From positions 1 to 64,000 of IMG/VR virus record IMGVR_UViG_3300049988_000245: a DNA stretch of 64,000 nucleotides; one strand, written 5' to 3'. Both the position numbers and the translations under genes were made by a program. Positions 36,089 through 45,574 of this stretch are shown here, piece by piece. Each line of letters starts with the position of its first letter. Position 1 is the first letter of the stretch. This DNA is from a virus. Taxonomy: Duplodnaviria; Caudoviricetes. The notes beneath the pieces are model-generated. The model had not been told where the DNA came from and did no database searches. It saw nothing but the letters and a program-made list of their open reading frames with translations.

Positions 36089-36547
36089 ATGCGATATTTC
36101 GACCTACTGGAAGGCCAGACAAAATTTCATTTGAGCGTCGCTCCGCAAGACCAGAAAATCTGCATTCGGGCTCTGCGCGTCGCCACAAAGATACTTGCTG
36201 AGCGAAACTTAGCTCACATTCTTGATTGCGAGATACGTTTTTCGCCAGATCGTTCTGAATACTGGAGGGAACGCGACATCATCATTATCGATTCGCGTCG
36301 TGATGCCGAACACATGGTCAACTCCTTGCTTCATGAAGCAGGGCATCGCTTGCAGATCACAAGTTTCTCTCTACTCAGAAATTTAAAGCTTATATTTGCT
36401 CACTTTAGAGGAAAGCTCGCACCAAACGATTACTCTCGCCAAAATCACTACGAGTTGTTCGCAGAACTATTCCGTCTCTGGTCGCTTAACGAGCTTTCTG
36501 ACGAAAAGTCTCAATGGATGACAGCGGTCATCTCTAAGTATACCTGA
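36089..36547 (+). CDS. HExxH zinc metallopeptidase-like protein
   Basis: LLHEAGH and downstream ELFAE; N-terminus MRYFDLLE. Confidence 0.65.
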   Translation: MRYFDLLEGQTKFHLSVAPQDQKICIRALRVATKILAERNLAHILDCEIRFSPDRSEYWRERDIIIIDSRRDAEHMVNSLLHEAGHRLQITSFSLLRNLKLIFAHFRGKLAPNDYSRQNHYELFAELFRLWSLNELSDEKSQWMTAVISKYT

Positions 36548-36990
36548 TGCCACGCCGTTCCCGCCCAAAGCGCACTACCAAGACCGTATCCCACCGCGTC
36601 CCACCGAAACCCGCAAGCTGGTTCTGCGATCGTGGCACCTGTCGGTTCTGCGGCGAGCCGATCATCGAGAACGGTAAGGTCAACGGCCGGAAGCACTGGC
36701 ATACGCCATGCGCGCTCGTCTGGAATGTAATGAACAACCCCTCGGAGGCGCGCCTCCATGTGACGCGCCGTGAGAACTTTACCTGCGAGGAATGCGGCTA
36801 CCACAACGTGGACGGTCGATTCGAGGTCGATCACATCAAGCCTCTATTTGAGGCGAAGGGCGACCCCACCTATTGGCAATCACCCAACCTGATGCTGCTC
36901 TGCCTGGATTGCCACAAGATCAAAACCAAGGCCGACATGATCCGGTTTCGAGCGATGATCACCTGCGATGATCCGTTGACACCTGACTGA
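36547..36990 (+). CDS. HNH endonuclease with extra Zn ribbon
   Basis: CRFC..HWHTPC; CEEC..EVDHIKPL...NL.LLC.DCH..KT. Confidence 0.85.
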   Translation: MPRRSRPKRTTKTVSHRVPPKPASWFCDRGTCRFCGEPIIENGKVNGRKHWHTPCALVWNVMNNPSEARLHVTRRENFTCEECGYHNVDGRFEVDHIKPLFEAKGDPTYWQSPNLMLLCLDCHKIKTKADMIRFRAMITCDDPLTPD

Positions 36991-37028
36991 ATCAGTGTAC
37001 ATTGAGTACATCAGCAAGGAGAGCCCGC

Positions 37029-37310
37029 ATGTCGATCGAACGCGCTATCCGCTACGCCACCTCGCGCATGGACGCCGGGCGCGTCGCTCGTGATTATGGC
37101 GAGTTCTCCATGTGGCGCAGCCGAATGAAGTGGCTTCGCGAGAAAGTCCGCCTCTACAAGTCCGCAGCCGCTGAGATTGCTCGGGACGAACTCCACATCC
37201 TCGTTGAGGAGAATGCTCGCCGGTCTCCCGACCTTCACCCGAAAATCCTCGCCTACCGGATCAGGTCGTCCGCTGCGGCCGAGGAAATGCTTTTGAGACT
37301 CGGCGGATGA
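37029..37310 (+). CDS. Hypothetical protein
   Basis: SD AGGAG; basic helical protein. Confidence 0.6.
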   Translation: MSIERAIRYATSRMDAGRVARDYGEFSMWRSRMKWLREKVRLYKSAAAEIARDELHILVEENARRSPDLHPKILAYRIRSSAAAEEMLLRLGG

Positions 37311-37609
37311 AGTTTCGCCCGACCAGCCCGACCATGTTCATGCTGGACCTACCATTCGTCGGACCGAACGAGTGGGAATCCAAACTGATCCGGAAGAACG
37401 ATACCCTCAAGGCGGTATTCGACGCTGGCTGGTGGTGGTGCGTCCGTCAGCATGGCGAGCCGAAGTCGATTGGAGTACGCGATTCCGACGATGACTGGAT
37501 TTGGTCGTTCTTCGGGTTCTATCCCCTCCGGCGCGAAGGAACGCTTCGTTCAGGCATCTACTTCAAGGACCCGAATGCGGCGTTCCACTTTCGGCTGGCC
37601 TGCTGTTAA
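37307..37609 (+). CDS. Family-F small paralog
   Basis: WWCVRQHG...IYFKDPNAAFHFRLACC. Confidence 0.75.
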   Translation: MKFRPTSPTMFMLDLPFVGPNEWESKLIRKNDTLKAVFDAGWWWCVRQHGEPKSIGVRDSDDDWIWSFFGFYPLRREGTLRSGIYFKDPNAAFHFRLACC

Positions 37610-37683
37610 CCATCTCGAATCAACTTAGTTGACGTTCTCCTGAGTTGCTGTACATTGTGGACATCAGCGCAGGAGAGACACCG

Positions 37684-38151
37684 ATGTCCGACAACAAGCC
37701 CACCCGCATGATTCACGGCGCCGAGCAGGGCAAGATGGTCCGCGCCGCTCTCAAGCAGGCGTTCCCCGGCATCAAGTTCTCGGTGACCTCGAAGGGCGCG
37801 ATCAACGTGTCGTGGACCAACGGCCCGACCAAAAAGGCAGTTGCGGCGATCGTCGATACGTTCCGGGGCGGCGACTTCGACGGCATGCAGGACTTGATGA
37901 TCCCCCGTAACACCTACCTGGGTGACGAGCAGATCAGCTTCATCAACGATTGCGTGTTCTGCGACCGCACGATCACCCCGGAGTTCATCGAAACCACCCG
38001 CAAGGCCCTGGCGACCCTCGACGGGCAGACCGTGTGTGATCTGCTCAACCAGTCGCCCTTCCCGAACGAGCAGGACGTGGCCAAGCGCATCGCCTACATC
38101 CTCCCGGTGGTCGTGGCCCAGCCGGTCAATGGGCTCCCCACGGTGAAGTGA
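37684..38151 (+). CDS. LPD29-like protein (polyvalent-protein-associated domain)
   Basis: KMVRAALKQAFPGIKFSV...VSWTNGP...V......F.G..FDGMQD; promoter TTGACG-N16-TACATT at 37629. Confidence 0.7.
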   Translation: MSDNKPTRMIHGAEQGKMVRAALKQAFPGIKFSVTSKGAINVSWTNGPTKKAVAAIVDTFRGGDFDGMQDLMIPRNTYLGDEQISFINDCVFCDRTITPEFIETTRKALATLDGQTVCDLLNQSPFPNEQDVAKRIAYILPVVVAQPVNGLPTVK

Positions 38152-38162
38152 GGAGAGACCCG

Positions 38163-38309
38163 ATGACCTACGAGTTTTACCCAACCATCTCCACCTACGG
38201 GTGCCATGCGATCGTCTACCGGCCGATGGAACGGATTCGGCCTGGACCGGAATGCAACGAGTCCACGCGTATCTGGATTTTCCCGGATTCGAATCTCGAC
38301 GACGATTAG
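38163..38309 (+). CDS. 48-aa hypothetical peptide
   Basis: SD GAGGAG; TAG stop. Confidence 0.45.
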   Translation: MTYEFYPTISTYGCHAIVYRPMERIRPGPECNESTRIWIFPDSNLDDD

Positions 38310-39004
38310 TACCGGCCACCCCAACGATCGCCGTTATCGCGCTCCCGGTACTGCTGGGCCTTGTGGTTGTCCAGAATCTCGATCACGTCCTTCGCGCAGA
38401 CCGGATCGGTCACGACAATCTCGCCCGTAACCTTCTGGAGGAAGTTGCGCGGGCCGATGTCGATGGCAAACTGGCTGGCGTCGTAATTCGAGATGAACGA
38501 CCAGAACTCGTACAGCAGATGATTCTCATCCTCTGAGAAGTGCACGCACGCCTCGCGCACGCAAAGTTCGTGGGCCTCGCGATTGCTCATGCGGTAGCCG
38601 AACTTCGCCCGAGCCTTGCTCAGCACGTCGCCGACCTCCTTGCAGGCGCGGCGCACCAGCCGGATGTTCGGTCCGGAAATCTTCTCCAGCTTCGGCATCT
38701 CCAGCACGATGATCTCGATGTCGCGCATTTCCGGCACCGGGTGCATGTGAGAGTCGAACGCGTCGATGTAGCGGGCAATCCCGCAGTCGCGCATGTACTC
38801 GGCCTTGATCACGTCGCGGGTGAAGATCAGAACGGTCTCCGGGTCCTTCTCGAACACCAGACTGGTCATACCGCGACCGAGCAGCTTCAGCCCACGGTAC
38901 TTAGCCGGAATCTCACGCTTCCACACGGCAGAGGCGCGCGGACCCTCGTCTAGAATCTCTTCTTCAATAGCAGATTCGTTGATTAGGTTGATGAACTGTC
39001 TCAT
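38306..39004 (-). CDS. Protein-kinase-like protein with capsid-targeting-like N-terminus
   Basis: LGRGMTSLVF Gly loop, DIGPRN catalytic loop, VTDP; ATAAATA promoter; MRQFINLINE. Confidence 0.65.
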   Translation of the reverse strand: MRQFINLINESAIEEEILDEGPRASAVWKREIPAKYRGLKLLGRGMTSLVFEKDPETVLIFTRDVIKAEYMRDCGIARYIDAFDSHMHPVPEMRDIEIIVLEMPKLEKISGPNIRLVRRACKEVGDVLSKARAKFGYRMSNREAHELCVREACVHFSEDENHLLYEFWSFISNYDASQFAIDIGPRNFLQKVTGEIVVTDPVCAKDVIEILDNHKAQQYRERDNGDRWGGRY

Positions 39005-39030
39005 GCCAATATTTATTGATAACAACAAAA

Positions 39031-39056
39031 AAGGCACCGCATCATCGCGGTGCCTT
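39031..39056. terminator. Intrinsic terminator
   Basis: AAGGCACCGC-ATCATC-GCGGTGCCTT with flanking A/T runs. Confidence 0.75.
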
Positions 39057-39144
39057 TTCTCTGGCGTCAGACTGCTTTAGGTTCGGGTAGCAACTTTCTG
39101 TAATATATCTTTAATCTCAAGGACTGACAATTTCTAAATAACCG

Positions 39145-39789
39145 ATGTTATATTCTGTTTATAAGATCAAGAACACCCTGAACAATAAGGTATACATTGG
39201 AATCACAAGACGGCCAATGAAGATTCGGTGGAAGTGCCACGTCGGCGATGCCCGCCGGGGATCGAAATTTCATTTCCATCGTGCTATTAACAAGTACGGA
39301 TCGGATTTTTTTCAAGTCGAGATTCTTCTGTCTGGATTGACCAGCACTGAAGCTGGCGAAGCTGAAATACGTTTGATTCGAGAGCATGACTCTTACCGCA
39401 ATGGATACAACGAAACACAGGGCGGCGACATCGTTGAATGGTTCGAGAAGGCAACCCCCGAGGTTCGATCGGCCATAATTGAGCGCCGACGCAACGGGTT
39501 TCTTCGATATCTAGCTGCACGGTCTGAAGAAGAGATTCAAGCTCATCGAGATCGCACCGCCGAACAGTGGAGGAATCAGGACCCCATAGACCGAAATGCC
39601 ATGTCGAAGAAAATGGCATCTCGAAAGGCAAAGCGGTATCGTGTGACATCACCAGAAGGTCTCGTCACTGATGTACTGAATCTCAAGGCGTTTTGTCTGG
39701 AGATGAATCTTAATCAGAGTCATATGACTGGAGTCGCAAAGGGGCGTCTTCGATCATATCGTGGCTGGAAGGCTGAGTATCTTGATTGA
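39145..39789 (+). mobile_element. Free-standing GIY-YIG homing endonuclease
   Basis: VYKIKN..NNKVYIG, RWKCH, GYN; C-terminal NLKAFC.E..L...M..VA.G....Y.GW module; CTAAATA at 39134. Confidence 0.88.
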
Positions 39790-39801
39790 GTAGCATTTTT
39801 A

Positions 39802-40872
39802 ATGTCATACGTCGAAAAGCTTATTAGTGATGACTTCGTTTGGACCTCGATAACGAATCATGTAACTGGTCCGCGTAAGCGTAACAGCGGTGGTGGATTC
39901 CATATCAACTGTCCCATGTGTACGTCCCGTGGCGAAGGCGTTGATACGCGTATGCGTTGTGGTGCCAAGCCTGATCAGGGCGGCGTGGTGATCTTCTGCT
40001 TCAACTGCTCGTTCAAAACGCGTTGGAAGCCCGGCGAACTCCTCTCCCGCAACATGCAGGCGTTTCTCCAGGCGATCGGCGTCTCCTCGTCTGAGGTGGC
40101 CCGGCTGAATCACAAGGCGTTCACGTACCGCTCGATTTTCGAGAAGAGCCCGGACGCGATGAACCTCATTCCCGAGGTGACCCGCCCGAGCTTCCATACG
40201 ACCCCACTACCGGACGGCGCCAAGTCGTTCGAGGAATGGGCTGCAATGGCCGAACCACCTCAGGATTTCCTTGAGGTGGCCGACTACCTGTTCTCGCGCG
40301 GTGATGAGATCGCCCTGTCCTCGACGTTCTACTGGACGCCCGAGCCGGGTCGGCATGACCTGAACCGCCGCGTGATCATCCCGCTGAGGTTCGAGGATCG
40401 CATCGTCGGGTATACGGCCCGACACATCGATAAGGAGGCCCGTCCGCGCTACCAGATGCAGACGCAGCCGAACTTCTTGTTCAACTCCCACGCGCTCACC
40501 GCACCGAAGCGTAAATACGCCGTCCTCGTGGAAGGCGTCCTCGACGCCCTCGCGATCGACGGTGTCGGGCTCCTCGGAGCCCATCTCAACCCACAGCAGA
40601 TCGCCTGGATCAAGAGCCACGGCAAGCAGGTCATTCTGGTCCCCGATCGGGACCGACAGGGTGCCGCGCTGATCGACGTGGCCCTGGCCAATAACTGGCG
40701 GGTCGCGTTCCCGGCTTTGAAAAGCTCCGGAGGATCGTGGTGGGAGGAGGATGTGAAGGACTGCGCCGAGGCCGTTAAGCGATACGGCCGGGCGTGGACT
40801 CTTCTGTCAGTTATTGAAAGTTCGACTGACAGTAAGCTAGAGATCAATTTGAAGCGCAAGTTTTACGTCTGA
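39802..40872 (+). CDS. gp61: DNA primase (T4 gp61-like)
   Basis: CPMC..CFNC Zn finger, R.IIP, TOPRIM VEGVLDA and VPDRD. Confidence 0.9.
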   Translation: MSYVEKLISDDFVWTSITNHVTGPRKRNSGGGFHINCPMCTSRGEGVDTRMRCGAKPDQGGVVIFCFNCSFKTRWKPGELLSRNMQAFLQAIGVSSSEVARLNHKAFTYRSIFEKSPDAMNLIPEVTRPSFHTTPLPDGAKSFEEWAAMAEPPQDFLEVADYLFSRGDEIALSSTFYWTPEPGRHDLNRRVIIPLRFEDRIVGYTARHIDKEARPRYQMQTQPNFLFNSHALTAPKRKYAVLVEGVLDALAIDGVGLLGAHLNPQQIAWIKSHGKQVILVPDRDRQGAALIDVALANNWRVAFPALKSSGGSWWEEDVKDCAEAVKRYGRAWTLLSVIESSTDSKLEINLKRKFYV

Positions 40873-40940
40873 ATTTCTAAAGCATCATTTTCGCAGAATC
40901 GCTCATTTTATCTGTCCGTTTGCTAGGAAAATAATAATCA

Positions 40941-42434
40941 ATGAATACCAATGAACAATACTCGTCTGCGATTCAAGAAATGCTGTTTCAATATATGATC
41001 ACGGACACTAATGCGTTCCTGATTAGCCGTGGAATTATCAAGCCAGAATACTTCCATGACCGCTTGAAGTCGGCGGTTCGCTACGTCCTTGAGCACACCG
41101 AGAAGGGTCGGCCGCTACCGAGCCCTGAGATGATCACCGCCTATACGGGCGTGCCGGTAAACAAGTTCGTCGATCCTCACCTGCATTACGACTGGTACAT
41201 GGAGAATATCGAGGGATTCGCCCGTTACAAGGCCCTCGAACTCACCATCATGGAATCCGTGGACCTGCTGGAGAACGGCGAAGGCGGAGAGGTTGAGCGT
41301 CGCATCAAGGAGGCGATGTCCATCTCCCTTCAGACCGATTTGGGCACCGATTACTTCCACGATCCCCTGGGTCGGCTGGAGCGGATGCGTGACCGGTCCA
41401 ACTACGTCAGCACGGGTTGGAAAGACCTCGACGATAAGCTGCTCGGAGGATTCACCCGTGGGGCGCTGAACGTCTGGGCGGGCGGCTCTGGATCGGGCAA
41501 GTCCCTGTGGCTCCAGAACATCGCCCTCAATTGGGTCTTTGCCGGGCTCAACGTGGTCTATTTCACGCTGGAGCTTTCCGAAGACCTCGTCTCGGTGCGC
41601 CTGGACGCGATGGTGTCCGATCGCGGCACCAAGGACGTGATGCGGGACATCAAGGGCGCGGCGGTTGCGATCAAGGCCCGACACAAGCGAGCCAACGCGC
41701 ACCCGGACAACAAGCCGGGCACGCTCATCGTCAAGAAGATGCCCGAGGCGGGCACCACGGCGAATGACCTTCGGGCGTTCCTGAAGGAGTTCGAGATCAA
41801 GAACGGCTACAAGCCGGACGCCCTGGTGATCGACTACCTCGATCTGATGAATCCGAACAACCGGAAAATCGATGCGACCAACGCGTTTGCCAAGGACAAG
41901 TACACATCCGAGGAGATGCGCGCACTCGCGGGTGAGTACAATTGCCTTCTGGCGACGGCGTCGCAGTTGAACCGCCAGTCCGTGGAGGCGACCGAGTTCG
42001 ACCATTCGCACATTGCGGGCGGCATCTCGAAGATCAATACGGCCGATAACGTGTTCGGCATCTTCACGAGCGCACCCATGCGGGAGCGCGGTGTCTACCA
42101 GATTCAGTTTCTGAAGACCCGCTCGTCATCCGCCGTGGGATCGAAGATCGAGCTTCAGTACAATCCCGAATCCATGCGGATCACCGACGCCGATGGCGGG
42201 GAGGCCGAACAGCGCCCCCTCTCGGCAGAGGAGCAGCGGGCCACGGCTCAGCGAATGGTTGCCGAGGTTCAAAAGCCCGGCACGTTGCCGCGCGGGATGT
42301 CACAACAGAGATTCGAGAATCAGGCGGAGCTTGCCAAGCCTGCCGCAGAAGCACCACCGAGTTCGGCCAGCGGCAAAGACATGCTCGCGCTGATGGCGAA
42401 GCTGAAGAATAACAACAAAACGAACGATCGCTGA
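40941..42434 (+). CDS. gp41: Replicative helicase (T4 gp41/DnaB-like)
   Basis: GGSGSGKS, FTLE, IDYLD, TASQLNR, LKTRSS. Confidence 0.93.
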   Translation: MNTNEQYSSAIQEMLFQYMITDTNAFLISRGIIKPEYFHDRLKSAVRYVLEHTEKGRPLPSPEMITAYTGVPVNKFVDPHLHYDWYMENIEGFARYKALELTIMESVDLLENGEGGEVERRIKEAMSISLQTDLGTDYFHDPLGRLERMRDRSNYVSTGWKDLDDKLLGGFTRGALNVWAGGSGSGKSLWLQNIALNWVFAGLNVVYFTLELSEDLVSVRLDAMVSDRGTKDVMRDIKGAAVAIKARHKRANAHPDNKPGTLIVKKMPEAGTTANDLRAFLKEFEIKNGYKPDALVIDYLDLMNPNNRKIDATNAFAKDKYTSEEMRALAGEYNCLLATASQLNRQSVEATEFDHSHIAGGISKINTADNVFGIFTSAPMRERGVYQIQFLKTRSSSAVGSKIELQYNPESMRITDADGGEAEQRPLSAEEQRATAQRMVAEVQKPGTLPRGMSQQRFENQAELAKPAAEAPPSSASGKDMLALMAKLKNNNKTNDR

Positions 42435-42458
42435 AATTGCCAACCGACTAAATAGTCG

Positions 42459-42740
42459 ATGATGATGGAAGAATCAATGCGTAACTTCATCGTTCTCGCC
42501 GAAGCTTATATTGCAGCACCAGAGGACGATGTGGTTGAAACCGTTCAGGAGACCGTGGTTGAGCCTGCGCCGAGCGCATTGATTCTCCACGATCTCGATA
42601 TTCTTGTCACGCGCATGCGCACGTTTATGGAGTCCGAGTCGGGCGATTTCGGTCTGGGCGTGGAGACGGGCATGCAACAGGCGGCAGATATGATCGATAA
42701 TCTGATTCGTCGATATAATACAGGTGATCACGTTGAATAA
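42459..42740 (+). CDS. Late acidic protein, capsid-targeting-like N-terminus
   Basis: CTAAATA at 42448; MRNFIVLAE. Confidence 0.65.
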   Translation: MMMEESMRNFIVLAEAYIAAPEDDVVETVQETVVEPAPSALILHDLDILVTRMRTFMESESGDFGLGVETGMQQAADMIDNLIRRYNTGDHVE

Positions 42741-42987
42741 GAAATTCTCTGGTCTACTCGAAGAGTTGACGAACTATGCACCAACGCGAGATCGCGATCT
42801 ATTCATTGAAAGTCGCGCCCAACAGGTGATTGCGTCAGCATCACATCTCATCAATCTTATCGATGAGAACTACGACGACCAGACTGCGGATGAACTAAAA
42901 CGCAGACTGTTTAACTCGATCAAGAGCGGAGACGAAGGCAAGTTCCGCAGAAAGATTGGACAAATTCGCGAATCCAAGAAGGGGTAA
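42724..42987 (+). CDS. Small helical hypothetical protein
   Basis: IESRA..VI.SA..LI.LI.E.Y...A.EL.RR..NSIK..D..KF.R. Confidence 0.7.
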   Translation: MITLNKKFSGLLEELTNYAPTRDRDLFIESRAQQVIASASHLINLIDENYDDQTADELKRRLFNSIKSGDEGKFRRKIGQIRESKKG

Positions 42988-42992
42988 ACTCC

Positions 42993-44120
42993 GTGAAGAC
43001 TGACGAAGAACTCGTAAACGAGATCATGGAAGCCGGTTACGGCCACTCCAAGCCGAGCCTTCTCGGCACGGCGGCCCATTACGGTGCAAAGATGGCCGCC
43101 AAGGGTATCTACAAGGGCGTCAAGGCGGCCAAGAACGCCTACGACAGCCACCCGAACGTGCAGATGGCCAATCAGGCTGAGCTTCGTCAGAACGTCTACA
43201 GGAAATTGAATCAGGATTTCGCCCATTGGGAGCAGCGCATCTCCGGCTCGACCGGCGTTGAGCCGACCGAGGCAAATCTCCTGGCCTTCGCCAAGGAAGT
43301 CTACGGGTTCGATGCCACTTCGGTGCTGAGCACGATCCGGACCGCACCGAAGACGGCTACTACCCCGAAGGCGGCGCCTGCCGCTCCCGGTAAGGCTCCG
43401 GCGGCCCAGGCTGGGGAGATCGCACCCGCGCCCGCACCTGCCGCCAAGAACCCCAGGGTCGTGCAGCAGGACAAGGACGGCAAGCCGTTCTACAAGCACG
43501 ATTCCCGTGGGATCAACTTCGACGATCCGACGCTGAATGATCCGACAAACTCTCCGATCACCACGAACCAGCAGCGCAACCAGCAGCGCTTCCCCGAGAA
43601 GCCCCAGCAGTCCAAGAAGGGCAAGCCACACAAGAAGGAGTCGATCGATCTCTCGAAGTCGTTCAGCCAGATCGTCAAGGAGGCGGATGCGGCGGCGGTG
43701 AAGGCTCAAGCGGCCGAGACCGACAAGCTCAATACCGAGCAGACCCATGCGTTCTTCGACGGCATGGCTCGCCTCGTCCTGGGCAACCCCCAGATGGCCC
43801 AGAACTTCATCCAGAACGGCCAGATTGGCGCACCAACGGCGACGAACACCCAGGCGAGCGCTCCCGCGCAGAAGGGCGCTGGCAAGGCTCCTACGGCTCC
43901 GGCTGAAGCTGGTCCGGGCAACTCCGCACTCAAGGCGGAACTGAACAAGATCATCACCAAGATGGGTGCAAAGATCGACCCCTCGGTGATCCAGTCGCTC
44001 ACCGCGAAGCTCAAGGAGACGCCCGACCTGAAATCGGCCGTCGATCTGGTCGATTCTCCCCAGGAGATCGCAGCGGCCCGTGCCATCATGATCGCCGTGA
44101 TCATCGCGACGGAAATGTAA
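42993..44120 (+). CDS. Ala/Pro/Lys-rich late protein, probable internal head protein
   Basis: MKTDEELVNEIME; low-complexity linkers. Confidence 0.6.
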   Translation: MKTDEELVNEIMEAGYGHSKPSLLGTAAHYGAKMAAKGIYKGVKAAKNAYDSHPNVQMANQAELRQNVYRKLNQDFAHWEQRISGSTGVEPTEANLLAFAKEVYGFDATSVLSTIRTAPKTATTPKAAPAAPGKAPAAQAGEIAPAPAPAAKNPRVVQQDKDGKPFYKHDSRGINFDDPTLNDPTNSPITTNQQRNQQRFPEKPQQSKKGKPHKKESIDLSKSFSQIVKEADAAAVKAQAAETDKLNTEQTHAFFDGMARLVLGNPQMAQNFIQNGQIGAPTATNTQASAPAQKGAGKAPTAPAEAGPGNSALKAELNKIITKMGAKIDPSVIQSLTAKLKETPDLKSAVDLVDSPQEIAAARAIMIAVIIATEM

Positions 44121-44722
44121 TGGATTTCCTCAAGACCCTCTGCGAGAGCAAGCTATTCCCCTCGCAGAAAAGCCTCGAATCTAAGTCTCGCTCGCAGATC
44201 GCCGATCTCGCATTCCGGTACATCCTGATCTTGCGGATTCTTCTGCTGGAAGAGGAGACCCATGATTTCGCCAAGGGCTACGTGAAGAAGTCCGCCGAAT
44301 GGGGCAACTTCCACAAGTGGCACCCGAACGCGAACGACTTCTATCTACTCCTTCACGGCCTGTCCGAGGTCGATCACCCGGCAAAGACCAAGGATCACTT
44401 TCCGCTCAACCTCGATACGATCCAGCGCTGGCTCAACGCGCTTGGTCGTGGCCAGGGCAACGAGGCGACCACACGCCGGATTTTCATGCGGCTCGACTCC
44501 GACCTCAAGATTCAGAACCAGACACTGCGCGGCCAACGCCGAATCGTGATGAATTGGGAAGACCAGACCACGCGCGAGCGCGCCGATACGTCGGAGAAGC
44601 TGTTCAAGGCCCTTCGGCACGATGCCCCGCGCAGCGAGATTCTAAAACCCCTGATGAAGATCGTCGATCAGTATCAGAAAGAACGCGACGACGAGATTAA
44701 CAAAACGGAGACCGACCAATGA
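44120..44722 (+). CDS. Late hypothetical protein
   Basis: MDFLKTLCE; TAATG coupling. Confidence 0.65.
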   Translation: MDFLKTLCESKLFPSQKSLESKSRSQIADLAFRYILILRILLLEEETHDFAKGYVKKSAEWGNFHKWHPNANDFYLLLHGLSEVDHPAKTKDHFPLNLDTIQRWLNALGRGQGNEATTRRIFMRLDSDLKIQNQTLRGQRRIVMNWEDQTTRERADTSEKLFKALRHDAPRSEILKPLMKIVDQYQKERDDEINKTETDQ

Positions 44723-44931
44723 ACGTACAAGACCTTCTTGGTCGTTCGATCCGCAAGGTGATCGAGAACGCCACGTCCGGCGCTACAAGCGCGGCCAGCA
44801 TCGCAACCAGCACCGCAGGCACCGGAAAAGGTGCAATCGGTGTTGGATTCGACCCCAATGGGAACAAGGGAATCTACCAGGGCAAGCTGAAAAAGCAGTC
44901 CTCCAAAGGATCGAACATTATTCGTCGATAA
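44719..44931 (+). CDS. Small basic late protein
   Basis: IENATSGATSAASIAT motif; basic tail. Confidence 0.65.
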   Translation: MNVQDLLGRSIRKVIENATSGATSAASIATSTAGTGKGAIGVGFDPNGNKGIYQGKLKKQSSKGSNIIRR

Positions 44932-44996
44932 TTGTCACCCCTTTTAACCCTTTTGCATAAATACTTTCACAACAACCTTTTGATGAGGTAATTCAC

Positions 44997-45329
44997 ATGT
45001 ACGCAAACAAGGTCAATGGTAAGGTTTTCGCAGGCGACTTCCTCGGCGCGAATCTTCAGTTCTACGCAGTCACCACTTCGGTTGACATTACCGGCGCTTC
45101 CGCTCAGTCGCAGGCTGCTCTGGACAAGCTCGTCGAGGTCATCTCCCTGAACGGCCAGCCGGTCATCATGGGCGCCCCGACCGGTACCGGTCCGTACGTT
45201 CTGCGCTTCGCCGTCGAGCACACCAACGCCTGGGGCGACAACGCCGCTCTCGTTGCCGCGATCAAGCAGCACGCTCCGGTTGAGTTCGGCGCGTCCACCA
45301 CGACCGCCGTCATCGGCGAGACCCTCTAA
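44997..45329 (+). CDS. Small late protein, probable virion component
   Basis: ATAAATA at 44957; SD GAGG; own terminator; biased codons. Confidence 0.7.
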   Translation: MYANKVNGKVFAGDFLGANLQFYAVTTSVDITGASAQSQAALDKLVEVISLNGQPVIMGAPTGTGPYVLRFAVEHTNAWGDNAALVAAIKQHAPVEFGASTTTAVIGETL

Positions 45330-45357
45330 GTCAATACTCCCTAACGGGAATTGATTG

Positions 45358-45386
45358 AACCCGGCGCTTCGGCGTCGGGTTTTTTT
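45358..45386 (+). terminator. Intrinsic terminator with UUCG loop
   Basis: AACCCGGCGC-TTCG-GCGTCGGGTT-T run. Confidence 0.85.
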
Positions 45387-45418
45387 ATAAATACAGTAGA
45401 ATTTAATGTTGAGTACCC

Positions 45419-45574
45419 ATGATTATTCACGATCTATTTGAGCTTGCATCACCAAAGCCCAAGCATGTTTGGTCCAAACGCGGGAAAGCGGTTGAGAAGC
45501 GTGTCGAGCGCGAGCCGGATACGCGCATCACGGGTCGTACTCAGCTTGCTGTGAAGGACAATAAGAATGGCTGA
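45419..45574 (+). CDS. 51-aa basic late peptide (not in ORF track)
   Basis: TATAAATA at 45386; MIIHDLFELASPKPKHVWSKRGK. Confidence 0.55.
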   Translation: MIIHDLFELASPKPKHVWSKRGKAVEKRVEREPDTRITGRTQLAVKDNKNG

